A stretch of 32,000 nucleotides of DNA, from positions 150,001 through 182,000 of the forward strand of contig NC_014735.1 in the NCBI RefSeq assembly GCF_000172995.2, written 5' to 3'. The notes below the pieces were generated by a model. It was not told where the DNA came from. It ran no database searches and saw nothing but the letters and a program-made list of their open reading frames with translations. Source of the DNA: Halogeometricum borinquense DSM 11551 (GTDB lineage: Archaea > Halobacteriota > Halobacteria > Halobacteriales > Haloferacaceae). The first letter of the stretch is position 1; every line of letters begins with the position of its first letter. This document shows, piece by piece, positions 17,173 through 26,413 of the stretch. The position numbers and the translations under genes were made by a program.

Positions 17173-17193
17173 CGATCTGAAACGCTGATTCTC

Positions 17194-18210
17194 TTACTGG
17201 GGTGCGCTCACGTTCACCCAGAGGTGATTCTCACGGTATGCGTTGTCTATCGTCGGATTCTCTGGGGCTGATCCTTTGTAGAGCAGATAGGTGAGTCTGA
17301 GTCGGTCACCGGTCATCGAAGGTGAGACTGTCGTTTTCGTCGACCACGTACTGTTCGCCCCGACTGTTTGCGTGTATCGGTGTAACTCGGTTCGCTCCCG
17401 TACTACCGTTGCGTTATTCTGCCTTTCGACGCGATGGAGTTGTGCTACTACGGTGTACTGCACTTCTCGCCCTTCGTGGTTTCCGATGCCGATGTGCAGT
17501 GGCTTTGCCTCGCCGCGGATGAACTCCGTCGGATATTCGTCGGCTACCAAGTCGCCTGACTCGTCTTCGGTGAGCAAGTACAACTCGGAGAACTGCTCTC
17601 CCGGCGGTGGCACGAAAATTGCATATCCGGTACTCCCGGCGGCGAGAAGGATGCTGACTACCAGCAACACGTTCAGTGCTGCATCCGCCCGCGAGTCTGG
17701 CGCAAACAGTTCCGCTTTCGCGTCGGTGATCCAGCGCTCGTACGGGACGACGAACCGATCGGTTTCGTTGAGCGCCTGACGACGGCGTGATGCGACGAAT
17801 GTGAGGATGACTGTGAACGCGCTGACGATGGCCACGATGGGGATGAGGCGCATTCCCCACGGAGTGAAATTGAGTAGTAGGCCGATTAGCGGGACGACAG
17901 CGATGCTGAGACCGAACGAGAGCGCAACCCGCTCGATGCCGTCGATGCCACTTTCGATCTCCGTCTCGTTGTCGTCCATCCTTGTGGAGCGCTCGGCTGC
18001 TTCGGGAAAGAGCGCGGCAACGAGCGCGTATCCGGGGATGAACAACAGATACGGGAGGCCGAGGATGATTCGAATCGGCGTCCCCTTGATGACAGGAATA
18101 GTCGCCGCTGCGACCGTCAAGACGACGAGTACGAGGACTGCCCCGAGGTCTGCCGGGAGAGTTCGGAGTGGCCTCGGGAGGAGGAGCCGCCAATCCATGT
18201 CTCGACTCAT
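17194..18210 (-). CDS. DUF1616-family membrane protein
   Basis: The N-terminal segment is PADLGAVLVLVVLTVAAATIPVIKGTPIRIILGLPYLLFIPGYALVAALFPE. It has four or five TM helices and then a soluble beta-rich C-terminal domain, the typical DUF1616 layout. Confidence 0.7.
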   Translation of the reverse strand: MSRDMDWRLLLPRPLRTLPADLGAVLVLVVLTVAAATIPVIKGTPIRIILGLPYLLFIPGYALVAALFPEAAERSTRMDDNETEIESGIDGIERVALSFGLSIAVVPLIGLLLNFTPWGMRLIPIVAIVSAFTVILTFVASRRRQALNETDRFVVPYERWITDAKAELFAPDSRADAALNVLLVVSILLAAGSTGYAIFVPPPGEQFSELYLLTEDESGDLVADEYPTEFIRGEAKPLHIGIGNHEGREVQYTVVAQLHRVERQNNATVVRERTELHRYTQTVGANSTWSTKTTVSPSMTGDRLRLTYLLYKGSAPENPTIDNAYRENHLWVNVSAPQ

Positions 18211-18235
18211 TTGCTACGTCTCAGTCAACGTCCCA

Positions 18236-20446
18236 CTAAAATTGGTCGGTCTGATCGACTACCTGCTGTGCAACTTCGAGCAGCTCCAAAGCGCGGTCTC
18301 TCTGCACTGGCTCAGGTGCGTACGCCGCTTGCTCGTAGGCACTCGTGAGTTCGGTGAATATGGCGCTCACGTCTTCGGACGCCTCCGCCCGGACGTGCTC
18401 TAACAGTTCCCAGTGCGTCAGCGATTTTTCAACGCCGAGCGAGTCGGTCATCTTGGTCCGTATCGTCTCGTAGGTTGCAATGACCGCCTCGTCGGTCGCA
18501 CCGCGCGCTAACTGTGGTTCGACGACCGCAGCCAGTTCGGCATCCACCGCAGCAGATTCAGTGGCGTCTGCCGTGGCGGTTGTCGTGATCTCTTCTGTCT
18601 CTGCTGCGGCTATCTCAGACGACACGCTCTGTTTCTGATCGCGTTTCCGACTCAGCAGGTCGAGTATGCGTGTCGGAAGCAACTCGAGCGCTTCAGCCGC
18701 TACGATTCCGCTCGTCCCTAACACAGCCAGCAGGCCGACGATTGCGATGAACCCAGTCGGTGCGTTCCACCACGACGTTCCTGTTCCTGTGTGCTCACCG
18801 CTCGGAACAGTCAATTCGACTGCGTCGGTACTGGGTTCGAGATTTCCACCGTTCGGATCGTAGGCCGCTGTGACAGTGACAGAACCGTTCGCTTCTTCGA
18901 GGCCGATTGTCGATTGAACCATCCCACGTGCGTCCGTCGAGAGCGTCTTAACCGTCGTTCCGCCGACTCGAATCTGTATCTGTTGGCTACTGACTGGCTG
19001 TCCAGAGTCAGTCGTGAGTTGCCCGCTGATCTGCGCGGCCGAGTTCGTAACGTTCGTCGCTGACAGCGAGAGATTCGTCTCCGTTGACCGGATTTGAACG
19101 GCCGTTCGGTTCTGCGCGCTACTGATCGCTCGGTCGGTGAGTGCAACCGCCGCATTCGCTGTTTGCGTTCCGACCGCGAGACTGGCGGGAACGGGGAGTG
19201 GTACGCTGAAGGTTCCGTTTGCCGTCGTCGTGACCGTTCTGGACCGCTCTCCGAGCGAGACACGGACGGGGACGTTTGCCACGTCGCGTCCGGCGGCACT
19301 AACTCGGCCAGTAAACCGAACTATCTCCCCGTATCGGGCGGTTTCATCCGACCGACTCACCGTCACGGAAGCGTTCGTCTGTCTCACCGAGAGACCGACG
19401 GTCGTCTCCGACCGGCCGTAAAGCGACGTTCGGGCTGGTCGGTACATAACGCGCACTCGGTCGCTATCGAGCGACAGCAACGTCGGTCGATAGACGAGGT
19501 CGAAACGGCCCTCAGCGTCGGTTTGAGTTCGTAACAGTTGCTCGCCAACCAAAACGTTAATCGCTCGATTTGCGACTGCCTTCGACTCATTTGTGGCCAG
19601 CCGTCCGTCTAATCGAGTCGGTGACCCGAAGCTAGCGGTCGTCCGATTCGCACTGATCTGTAACGTCGTTTCGACGAACTCCAACTCACGAATCTGCTCC
19701 GATGTCTCCGTCGTGTTTTCTACAACCACCTCGATGGTCTGGCTTCCTTCGTCGAGGTCGAGTGAAGTTCGATCCGTTAGCTGTTGGTACTGGCCTTGCA
19801 GTTGTCCGCCGGTTCGATTCACAGCGACCGCGTCGGCTACCAGTTCGCGCGCCAGGGATCGAGCTTTCGAGGTGTTACCGCTCTCACGCGCTCGCTCGTA
19901 CTTCGATTTGGTCTCGCGGAAGTCGTTGACTGCCTCAATGTAGGAACGCTGTTGGGTTCGCGTCTTGTTGAACTCCGCCAGCGTCTCTTCGCTGTCTCCA
20001 CGCTCACCGGACTCCTGAACGACTGTCGCGTACTTCGAGGCCCAGTCCGGGTATGATTCATCGAGCCGAGAGCACGCAACGCGCTCTGCCACTCGGGTCT
20101 GTTCTGTACAGTCGATGAGCGTTTCTGAGATTCGCCCGGAGAGCCATTCTCGAATCGTGGATAGGTCTCCGCTGCCGGACGCGCTATCCGGGTTGGCGTG
20201 CTGTATCGTGGAGTTGTTCGAAGTCGTCGGCGCGTCTGTCGGTGTTGCGACCTGACTCACGCTCGGCGCGGGAGCCGGGGCTGGACCGCCAGTTGAGACT
20301 CCCGCGACCCCGCCGACCGGTGCGACGACAAGGCAGAACGCGATGAGGCCGATTGCGACTGATGCAGCACCCCCCTTGAGTGTCACTGTTGGTGAATACG
20401 CGAAGCGGATCGTAAAACATCTTGCGCACTCTCGTTCGGATGCCAT
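18236..20446 (-). CDS. large membrane-anchored surface protein with Ig-like (carboxypeptidase-regulatory-like) repeats and a cytoplasmic C-terminal DUF4129-like domain
   Basis: The start at 20446 (MASERE...) or a GTG at ~20385 is preferred over the listed 20524, which would overlap the divergent DUF58 gene. Order of elements: N-terminal TM, an Ala/Pro/Thr linker, three repeats of the form G.L.T..G.PV....I.V......T.TDA.G.F, a TM (GFIAIVGLLAVLGTSGIVAA), then ...SLTHWELLEHVRAEASEDVSAIFTELTSAYEQAAYAPEPV. Confidence 0.7.
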   Translation of the reverse strand: MASERECARCFTIRFAYSPTVTLKGGAASVAIGLIAFCLVVAPVGGVAGVSTGGPAPAPAPSVSQVATPTDAPTTSNNSTIQHANPDSASGSGDLSTIREWLSGRISETLIDCTEQTRVAERVACSRLDESYPDWASKYATVVQESGERGDSEETLAEFNKTRTQQRSYIEAVNDFRETKSKYERARESGNTSKARSLARELVADAVAVNRTGGQLQGQYQQLTDRTSLDLDEGSQTIEVVVENTTETSEQIRELEFVETTLQISANRTTASFGSPTRLDGRLATNESKAVANRAINVLVGEQLLRTQTDAEGRFDLVYRPTLLSLDSDRVRVMYRPARTSLYGRSETTVGLSVRQTNASVTVSRSDETARYGEIVRFTGRVSAAGRDVANVPVRVSLGERSRTVTTTANGTFSVPLPVPASLAVGTQTANAAVALTDRAISSAQNRTAVQIRSTETNLSLSATNVTNSAAQISGQLTTDSGQPVSSQQIQIRVGGTTVKTLSTDARGMVQSTIGLEEANGSVTVTAAYDPNGGNLEPSTDAVELTVPSGEHTGTGTSWWNAPTGFIAIVGLLAVLGTSGIVAAEALELLPTRILDLLSRKRDQKQSVSSEIAAAETEEITTTATADATESAAVDAELAAVVEPQLARGATDEAVIATYETIRTKMTDSLGVEKSLTHWELLEHVRAEASEDVSAIFTELTSAYEQAAYAPEPVQRDRALELLEVAQQVVDQTDQF

Positions 20447-20511
20447 CTGTCGTCGTCGGTTAACTCGAACGGGCACACTTTTGTGCTCCAGACCGAAGTG
20501 ACCACAGACAG

Positions 20512-21954
20512 ATGCGGCCGACAAACCGGTTTTGGGGCGCGGTGGGTACAGGCGGACTGCTCTGCGTACTCGCTGGCATTTTTGCCGATCCGCTCTTGCT
20601 CGGCGCTGCTGCGCTCATCGCTGGAACTGTTCTCATGAGTCAGTACCGGTTCACGAATGAACTACTGACTGTCTCGAGTGCGATGTCGGTCGAACAACAC
20701 CTCTCGCGCACCCACGTACTCACCGACGAACCGGTTCTGTTAACTCTTCGCGCGGATCTCCCGGTGGAAACACTGCTCGATGTCACTATCTCACCGTCAC
20801 TGCCGCTCATCGCAACGTCTGTCTCTCCGGATGAACGGACGGTATCTGTCGCGGACGGGCAGGTGACACGGCAGTCGTACCAACTGACCGTCCCGACGGC
20901 TGGTGTTGCACGGTTTTCCCCACCGGAGGTGACCGTGACTGGCCCAGCCGGATGCTTCGAGGAGACGTTCTCGGTCGCAGTCGAAGAAACGCTGACCGTT
21001 GAACCACGAGCACCGCGCCGAATTCACGTCGGACAGGGCGGAAACAGGGTTTCGACTAGTTTCGGCGAACACGAGTCCGGGCAGCGTGGGTCCGGTCTGG
21101 AACCCGCCGAGATACGGCGGTACGTCTACGGAGACGACATCAGCCGGATCGATTGGAAGGCGACGGCACGACTCAACCATCCCCACATCCGTGATTACGA
21201 GATGCCGACCGTACGGCAGACAGCACTCATCGTCGATCATCGGGCATCGACGGCGGACGGGACGCCCGGCGAGACAAAGCTCGATTTCCTGCGGGAGATT
21301 GCGCTCGCGTTCGTCAACAGCGCGGATTCGTTGGACGACCCTATCGGTCTCTACACTGTCGGTGACGAGGGAACGACGAATACGGCACCACCGAGAGCGA
21401 GCGAAAGGCAGTATCGGTCGATTCGTTCGACGCTTCGTAATCTGGAACCGACGACTGGTGAGAGCGGGGCCGCTGACGCAAAACCGGGACAAGCGGCGAT
21501 ATCGCGCCGCACTGCAACAACTCTCTCCGAGGATAACACCGCATTTGGGGAGACGCTTCGACCGTATTTCGGTGCGACCAACCGATACGCCGACCGATTT
21601 GCTGACCGACCACTGTTTTCGACGACGCAATCCCGTCTCGGCCGGTTGCAGGGTGCCGTGTGGAGTGTCGTGCTGACTGACGATACGAATCGGAGCGAAC
21701 TGTACGAATCGATCAAAGCCGTGCGTCGAACTGAGGGCCGCGTCCTCGTGTTTATCACGCCGTCGGCACTGTTCGATTCCACACTGGGCAATATCGAGGC
21801 AGCCTACGCCGAATACCGTGAGTTCGAGTCGTTCCGCAAGCGCCTCAACAAACTCGACGGCGTTACCGCGTTCGAGGTCGCTCACGAAACCAGACTGGAA
21901 TCGATCCGGCAGTCAGGGCCGAGCAGTCAGCGACGCTCGGAGGGGTGGGGCTGA
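20512..21954 (+). CDS. DUF58 domain protein (VWA-like partner of MoxR ATPases)
   Basis: Two N-terminal TM helices are followed by the family signature EIRRYVYGDDISRIDWKATARLNHPHIRDYE. A MoxR gene lies in the same cluster. Confidence 0.85.
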   Translation: MRPTNRFWGAVGTGGLLCVLAGIFADPLLLGAAALIAGTVLMSQYRFTNELLTVSSAMSVEQHLSRTHVLTDEPVLLTLRADLPVETLLDVTISPSLPLIATSVSPDERTVSVADGQVTRQSYQLTVPTAGVARFSPPEVTVTGPAGCFEETFSVAVEETLTVEPRAPRRIHVGQGGNRVSTSFGEHESGQRGSGLEPAEIRRYVYGDDISRIDWKATARLNHPHIRDYEMPTVRQTALIVDHRASTADGTPGETKLDFLREIALAFVNSADSLDDPIGLYTVGDEGTTNTAPPRASERQYRSIRSTLRNLEPTTGESGAADAKPGQAAISRRTATTLSEDNTAFGETLRPYFGATNRYADRFADRPLFSTTQSRLGRLQGAVWSVVLTDDTNRSELYESIKAVRRTEGRVLVFITPSALFDSTLGNIEAAYAEYREFESFRKRLNKLDGVTAFEVAHETRLESIRQSGPSSQRRSEGWG

Positions 21955-22427
21955 TGGCTGAGTCTCTCCCATCGTCGCCCGCCTCTCCGGCGTCTCTTGT
22001 CACTGGGTTTGGATTCGTTGCAGTCGCCGTCGGGTTGGTCGGCTCCGGTGGTCTGTTCGGTCTTCTGCTCTCTGTTCTCGTCGGTATCGCGGTGGCGTGG
22101 ACACCGAGAGTGTTCGCTGTCGCGTTCGGGGCCGTTTGTCTCGCCGCGCTGAGTTCCGACCCCCTGACAGGGGCGAATCTGCTTTCGGGTCTCGGCTTCT
22201 TCGGCCTTCTCCTCGGCGCTTCGACACAGGAGGCGACGTGGCGTCGCGCTCTCATTCTGAATATTGCCGCGTGCGCGATTCTGCTCTCCGTCCTCGCCGT
22301 CAGTTGGCAACTGACGACCAACCTGTGGTTGCTCGGCGCGATACTCTGCTGTCTGTGTGCCGTCGCTTTTTATACGATCCACCGCTATCAGCGAATTAGT
22401 ATGGGATTGGTTGAGGGGTCGGCATGA
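21945..22427 (+). CDS. small polytopic membrane protein, unknown function
   Basis: About 157-160 aa with four or five hydrophobic helices. GTG at 21945 or ATG at 21954 overlaps the DUF58 stop, and its own stop overlaps the next ATG as ATGA. Confidence 0.6.
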   Translation: MGLMAESLPSSPASPASLVTGFGFVAVAVGLVGSGGLFGLLLSVLVGIAVAWTPRVFAVAFGAVCLAALSSDPLTGANLLSGLGFFGLLLGASTQEATWRRALILNIAACAILLSVLAVSWQLTTNLWLLGAILCCLCAVAFYTIHRYQRISMGLVEGSA

Positions 22428-23335
22428 GTTCGGTGACCGAAACGGATGTGGACGACGAGTCTCCGCTGCACGATGAGTCGCCGGCCGACCGTGAGACGCT
22501 TCGTGGACGAATCGAGGTGTTGCGTGAGGAGAATCGACGACTCCGTGAGGAATATCTCCGCGCTCGGCAGGCGCAGTACCGGCGGACCGCAATCGGAATG
22601 GCCGCTATCGGCTTGTGTGCGTTGGCGGGGGCGGCAGTCCTCCCTGCGTTGCGGACGACGCTATTAGTCCTCGCAGGCACTGGCGGGTTCGGTGCGAGTC
22701 TGCTGTACTACCTCACGCCCGACCAACTTGTTCCCGTATCGGTCGGTCAGTCGGTGTTTACCGCACACGACCGGCACGCCTCCAGTCTGGTCGATGAACT
22801 CGGACTGCAGGATACGACGGTGTATGTTCCACGTGTCCGTGACCAAGAAGCGGTCTCGCCGGAGCAGATACGCCTTTTTATTCCGCAAGCGCGCGGGTGG
22901 GAGCTTCCATCAGATGACGCGTTGGCCGCGACGTTCGTCGAACCTGACGATGAGATGCGGCGGGGGATCTCGCTCGAACCGACTGGCGTCTCGCTGCTCT
23001 CGGAGTTTGCAGACGCGGCAAACACGAACCCTTCTGAGCCTGCTGATCTCGCCGACCAACTCTGCGAAGCCGTCGTCGAGCAGTTCGAACTCTCGACGTA
23101 CGCCGATGCGGAAGTCGATACCGCGACGAACCGCGTATCGGTCCGGGCGGGTCACTCGGCGTACGGCGAGTTGACGGCGTTCGACCATCCACTCGTGTCA
23201 GTCATCGGCGTGGGACTGGCTCGGGGACTCGGCGCGTCCGTCGAAACTGAGTCGGTCGAATCAGTCGATTCCGACGAGTACCTCATCTCGTACCGCTACC
23301 GGACGATTGACTCGGCTTCGACAAAACAGGGCTAA
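22424..23335 (+). CDS. hypothetical membrane protein with an N-terminal acidic/coiled-coil segment
   Basis: 303 aa. LRGRIEVLREENRRLREEYLRARQAQ (coiled coil) is followed by two TM helices and an acidic soluble domain. It is translationally coupled to the upstream gene. Confidence 0.65.
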   Translation: MSSVTETDVDDESPLHDESPADRETLRGRIEVLREENRRLREEYLRARQAQYRRTAIGMAAIGLCALAGAAVLPALRTTLLVLAGTGGFGASLLYYLTPDQLVPVSVGQSVFTAHDRHASSLVDELGLQDTTVYVPRVRDQEAVSPEQIRLFIPQARGWELPSDDALAATFVEPDDEMRRGISLEPTGVSLLSEFADAANTNPSEPADLADQLCEAVVEQFELSTYADAEVDTATNRVSVRAGHSAYGELTAFDHPLVSVIGVGLARGLGASVETESVESVDSDEYLISYRYRTIDSASTKQG

Positions 23336-24336
23336 TCCTTCTGTTTGGTACGGCCGCCATCACCGACTGCGGGAGCTTGTGCGGTCACGTCGCCCCGACT
23401 CGGCGGCGTCGTCGTGTCTAAGATGCCTTCGATGATTGCTTCGGGTTCGACGTCACCAATTTCGGCGTCGGTGCTGAGCACGAGACGGTGTGCGAGCGCC
23501 GACACCGCGAGTGTCTTCACGTCGTCAGGGATTACGTAGTGTCGGCCTTCGATTGCCGCGTGGGCTTTGGCCGCCTGTAGCAGGTGGAGGCTCCCACGCG
23601 GAGAGATTCCGTGACTCACGTCGGGCGTCTCTTGGGTTCCTTCGGCAATATCGAGAACGTAATCGCGGACTGGCTCGGCGACGTGGACGTTTTTGACCTT
23701 GGTGCGGGCCGAGGCGATGTCTTCAGCAGAGAGTACTTGTTCGAGATCGTCGGGGCCGAGATTCGGTTCGTAATTAAATCGGTCAAGGATCTCGGCCTGT
23801 TTGTCCCGGGAGGGAATGTCGATGGCGATCTTGAACTGGAAGCGATCACGCTGGGCTTCGGGGAGACCGAACGTCCCCTCCATCTCGATTGGGTTCTGCG
23901 TGGCGACCACCATGAACGGTGTCGGCAGGTTGAGTGTCTCGCCCTCGATTGTGACCTGCGTCTCCTGCATCGCTTCGAGCAGTGCGCTCTGCGTTTTCGG
24001 CGTCGCGCGGTTAATCTCGTCCGCGATGACGAGATTCGAGAACACGGGTCCGCGTTCTAACTCAAAAGCGCCGGTGTCCTCGCGGTATATTTTCGTCCCC
24101 GTAATGTCTGCGGGGAGTAAGTCCGGCGTCATCTGGATCCGTCGTCCTTGCAGTCCAGTCGTTTGGGCGAATGCGGCGGCTAACGTCGTCTTCGCGACGC
24201 CGGGGACACCTTCGAGAAGTAAGTGGCTCTGCGTGAGAAGTGAGATTGTGAGCCGCTTGAGGGCGTCCTCCTGCCCAATGAGAACTCGCGCCGCCTCCGT
24301 CTGGAGGGTTGAGTAAAGCTCCGCTGGGTCAGTCAT
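23332..24336 (-). CDS. MoxR-family AAA+ ATPase
   Basis: Walker A GVPGVAKTT, Walker B VIADEINRATPKTQSALLEAM, sensor region ATQNPIEMEGTFGLPEAQRDRF. The 334-aa length is typical. Confidence 0.93.
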   Translation of the reverse strand: MTDPAELYSTLQTEAARVLIGQEDALKRLTISLLTQSHLLLEGVPGVAKTTLAAAFAQTTGLQGRRIQMTPDLLPADITGTKIYREDTGAFELERGPVFSNLVIADEINRATPKTQSALLEAMQETQVTIEGETLNLPTPFMVVATQNPIEMEGTFGLPEAQRDRFQFKIAIDIPSRDKQAEILDRFNYEPNLGPDDLEQVLSAEDIASARTKVKNVHVAEPVRDYVLDIAEGTQETPDVSHGISPRGSLHLLQAAKAHAAIEGRHYVIPDDVKTLAVSALAHRLVLSTDAEIGDVEPEAIIEGILDTTTPPSRGDVTAQAPAVGDGGRTKQKD

Positions 24337-25381
24337 CTTCTGATAAATTGGTCTCTTCTGGCATAACTCCTGTCATTACACGGCCTAGCTCCGTCTCGTC
24401 CCAGTCGGGGTGCTGGGACGCAAGATATGCTCTCAGCGCATCTGCGTCTACTGGTGTCGACTCCGTTTTGCGGTCGAACACGCCAACGAGTTGCCGTGGT
24501 CGGAACACGATGACACCAACGAGTATGAGCGCTATCGCACCAAATCCAACTTGTGCGATTGGTGTGCGTTGAAGCCAGAGTACGAACCCGGCGAGCGGAG
24601 GTATCTGCTCTGTGTGGCTATAGTCGGCGACGACCCGGTCGTGTGATTCGAGAAGTCCAGTCACGAAGGCACGATTCCCCTCGCGTTCGAGCATTGCGTT
24701 GATGAACATCGAGGGGTCGCTGACGACGACTATCGTGCCGTCGCCAACGGACTCCTGCGTGGCGATGGGGCGCGATCCCAACGCCTCGCTATCATCGAGT
24801 TGGTAGTTTCGGTTGCTATCGACATAGGAGAACTCAGAACTCCGTGCAAGCACGGTTGTACCGTTCGCACGGAGCGCGCTTCCGTGGTTAAGCGTCAGCG
24901 TCTGGTCCGTGTTGAGGAACGTTGCGTTCGGTGTGGTGGTCGCCTCGCTAAAGTTCGGCGTCGTGGCGTACTGCTGTTCATCACGGAGCAGACGACCGTC
25001 GATGCGAACGTCGGAGTCGAGCGCTGAAAGAAGGGGGTTCGTATGCGGCCCGAAGTCGTCGGCAACGACGACCGTTCCGCCCTGTTCGACGAACTCCCGG
25101 ACTCGTTGTGCTTCCGCGCGTGTGTAAGCTTGATCTGGTGACAGAATGATCGAGACGGTATTGTTCGGCTCTCGGTACGCCGTTTCGAGTTCGGTCGCCA
25201 CGCTAAATGTGGCTCCAGTCTCCGATGCGACCGGTTGTACGTCCGCCGCACCGTTCCACGCTGAGTTGTACGCGCTGAACGATGCTGAACTGGTCGCCGC
25301 ACCGATGCCGAGACTCAGGACGACGACCACCGCGAGTCCGATGACGGCGATTCGGGCGTACTGCCCGATGCGATCAGCCAT
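24329..25381 (-). CDS. DUF4350-like membrane-anchored protein (MoxR-cluster component)
   Basis: The ATG at 25381 (MADRIGQYARIAVIGLAVVVVL...) lies 2 nt after the upstream gene's stop and is preferred over the listed 25486. It has an N-terminal TM, a segment VSIILSPDQAYTRAEAQRVREFVEQGGTVVVADDFG, and a C-terminal TM. It overlaps the MoxR start by 8 nt. Confidence 0.65.
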   Translation of the reverse strand: MADRIGQYARIAVIGLAVVVVLSLGIGAATSSASFSAYNSAWNGAADVQPVASETGATFSVATELETAYREPNNTVSIILSPDQAYTRAEAQRVREFVEQGGTVVVADDFGPHTNPLLSALDSDVRIDGRLLRDEQQYATTPNFSEATTTPNATFLNTDQTLTLNHGSALRANGTTVLARSSEFSYVDSNRNYQLDDSEALGSRPIATQESVGDGTIVVVSDPSMFINAMLEREGNRAFVTGLLESHDRVVADYSHTEQIPPLAGFVLWLQRTPIAQVGFGAIALILVGVIVFRPRQLVGVFDRKTESTPVDADALRAYLASQHPDWDETELGRVMTGVMPEETNLSEDD

Positions 25382-25383
25382 CG

Positions 25384-25659
25384 TTACAGCACCCCCGGCG
25401 GAAGGATTTCGAGGATTCGTTGGACGACCACGTACGCGAATCCGATCAGCCCGGCGAGAATTATCCACCGGAGTCGTCGCCGCCACCGCGGCGTGATCCG
25501 GAAGGGTGCAGTGAGTTCGACGTTGACCAGAAACGCGATCAGCGAGACGACGAAGAACAGTTCGAGAGAAAGACTCTCAAGAAGCGTCAGTACGACTGCG
25601 ACGGCGAGCATCGAAGCGACTTGCGCGTGGACAAACTGGTGCCGCTTCGAGAGTGGCAT
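25384..25659 (-). CDS. small membrane protein (91 aa, about three TM helices), first gene of the DUF4350-MoxR operon
   Basis: The ORF is hydrophobic with an RWRRRLRW loop and sits tightly against the downstream gene. Confidence 0.55.
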   Translation of the reverse strand: MPLSKRHQFVHAQVASMLAVAVVLTLLESLSLELFFVVSLIAFLVNVELTAPFRITPRWRRRLRWIILAGLIGFAYVVVQRILEILPPGVL

Positions 25660-25702
25660 GGTTCCTATTGGTGGGTACGGCGTTTTGAAGCCATCGGGTT
25701 TG

Positions 25703-26194
25703 TTATTTCGGTCGCTCCAGCGTCTGCAACACTTTGAGCGAGAGTTCGTCGCCGGTCAGTTTTCCCGCTTGGAACTGCTCGTACCACGAAACGTTGGCGT
25801 GCCACGTGCCGAACGGCGTGTCGGCGTCTTGCAGTACTGTCGCATCTAGTCGTTCGACATCCCACTCGGTATCTACCTGCCGGAAGAATCCGCCCGCAAT
25901 CATCCCGATTTCACCACCGAGTTCCTGATACGACGACTTCTTGCTGAGATAGCGGAGTGATACCGCTGTCTTGTCGCCGTTTAATGTTAGTCTCTTGACT
26001 GTTACATTTCGTTCGGTGATGTATGATCGGAACGCGGCCAGACGTCGCTCGTTGTTTGTCGGCGTCGAGGTCGCTTCTTCAGTGGTCGTTTCGCCGTCGG
26101 TGTTTTCTTCCGTAGCGGGCGCAGACGCACCACATCCCGCAATACTGGCGCAGCCACAAGTTCCGAGGCCGACGAGAAACGCACGGCGCTTCAT
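25703..26194 (-). CDS. Tat/lipobox lipoprotein of unknown function
   Basis: The signal MKRRAFLVGLGTCGCASIAGC is followed by a Thr/Glu-rich linker and a ~110-aa acidic domain. Confidence 0.7.
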   Translation of the reverse strand: MKRRAFLVGLGTCGCASIAGCGASAPATEENTDGETTTEEATSTPTNNERRLAAFRSYITERNVTVKRLTLNGDKTAVSLRYLSKKSSYQELGGEIGMIAGGFFRQVDTEWDVERLDATVLQDADTPFGTWHANVSWYEQFQAGKLTGDELSLKVLQTLERPK

Positions 26195-26383
26195 TTGTTT
26201 TGGTATTACAATACTGACGTATCAAATTTTCCGTCGGGGTACTTAACTAGCAACACCGAATTCATCGTCCGTAGGACATCACTGAATATTCTGACGACGC
26301 CGGGGAGACCCATTCTCTGTCTCGGTTTGGTTATTCTTTGAAAACATTCTGAAAAATAACATCGGGTTAACATATTCCGAAGT

Positions 26384-26390
26384 ATTATAT
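26384..26390 (+). promoter_or_regulatory. TATA-box candidate for the giant ORF (leaderless spacing)
   Basis: 'TATTATA' is centred ~27 nt upstream of the ATG at 26414. That ATG is the first one after an in-frame TAA at 26369-26371. Confidence 0.45.
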
Positions 26391-26413
26391 CCCTCGTTGT
26401 GTTTCACAGAACC

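Noticed and set aside
17414-18193. 259-aa minus-strand ORF in an alternative frame of the DUF1616 gene
   Set aside because: The translation is extremely Arg/Pro/His-rich. The overlapping frame gives a coherent polytopic membrane protein.
20447-20524. Listed start (20524) of the 762-aa surface protein
   Set aside because: It would overlap the divergently transcribed DUF58 start (20512) and adds a non-hydrophobic, Arg-rich leader. The Met at 20446 or the GTG at ~20385 precedes the TM segment more sensibly. This remains uncertain.
20797-21885. 362-aa minus-strand ORF
   Set aside because: It is antisense to the DUF58 gene, which carries the family signature. The translation is Arg/Cys-rich and unlike haloarchaeal proteins.
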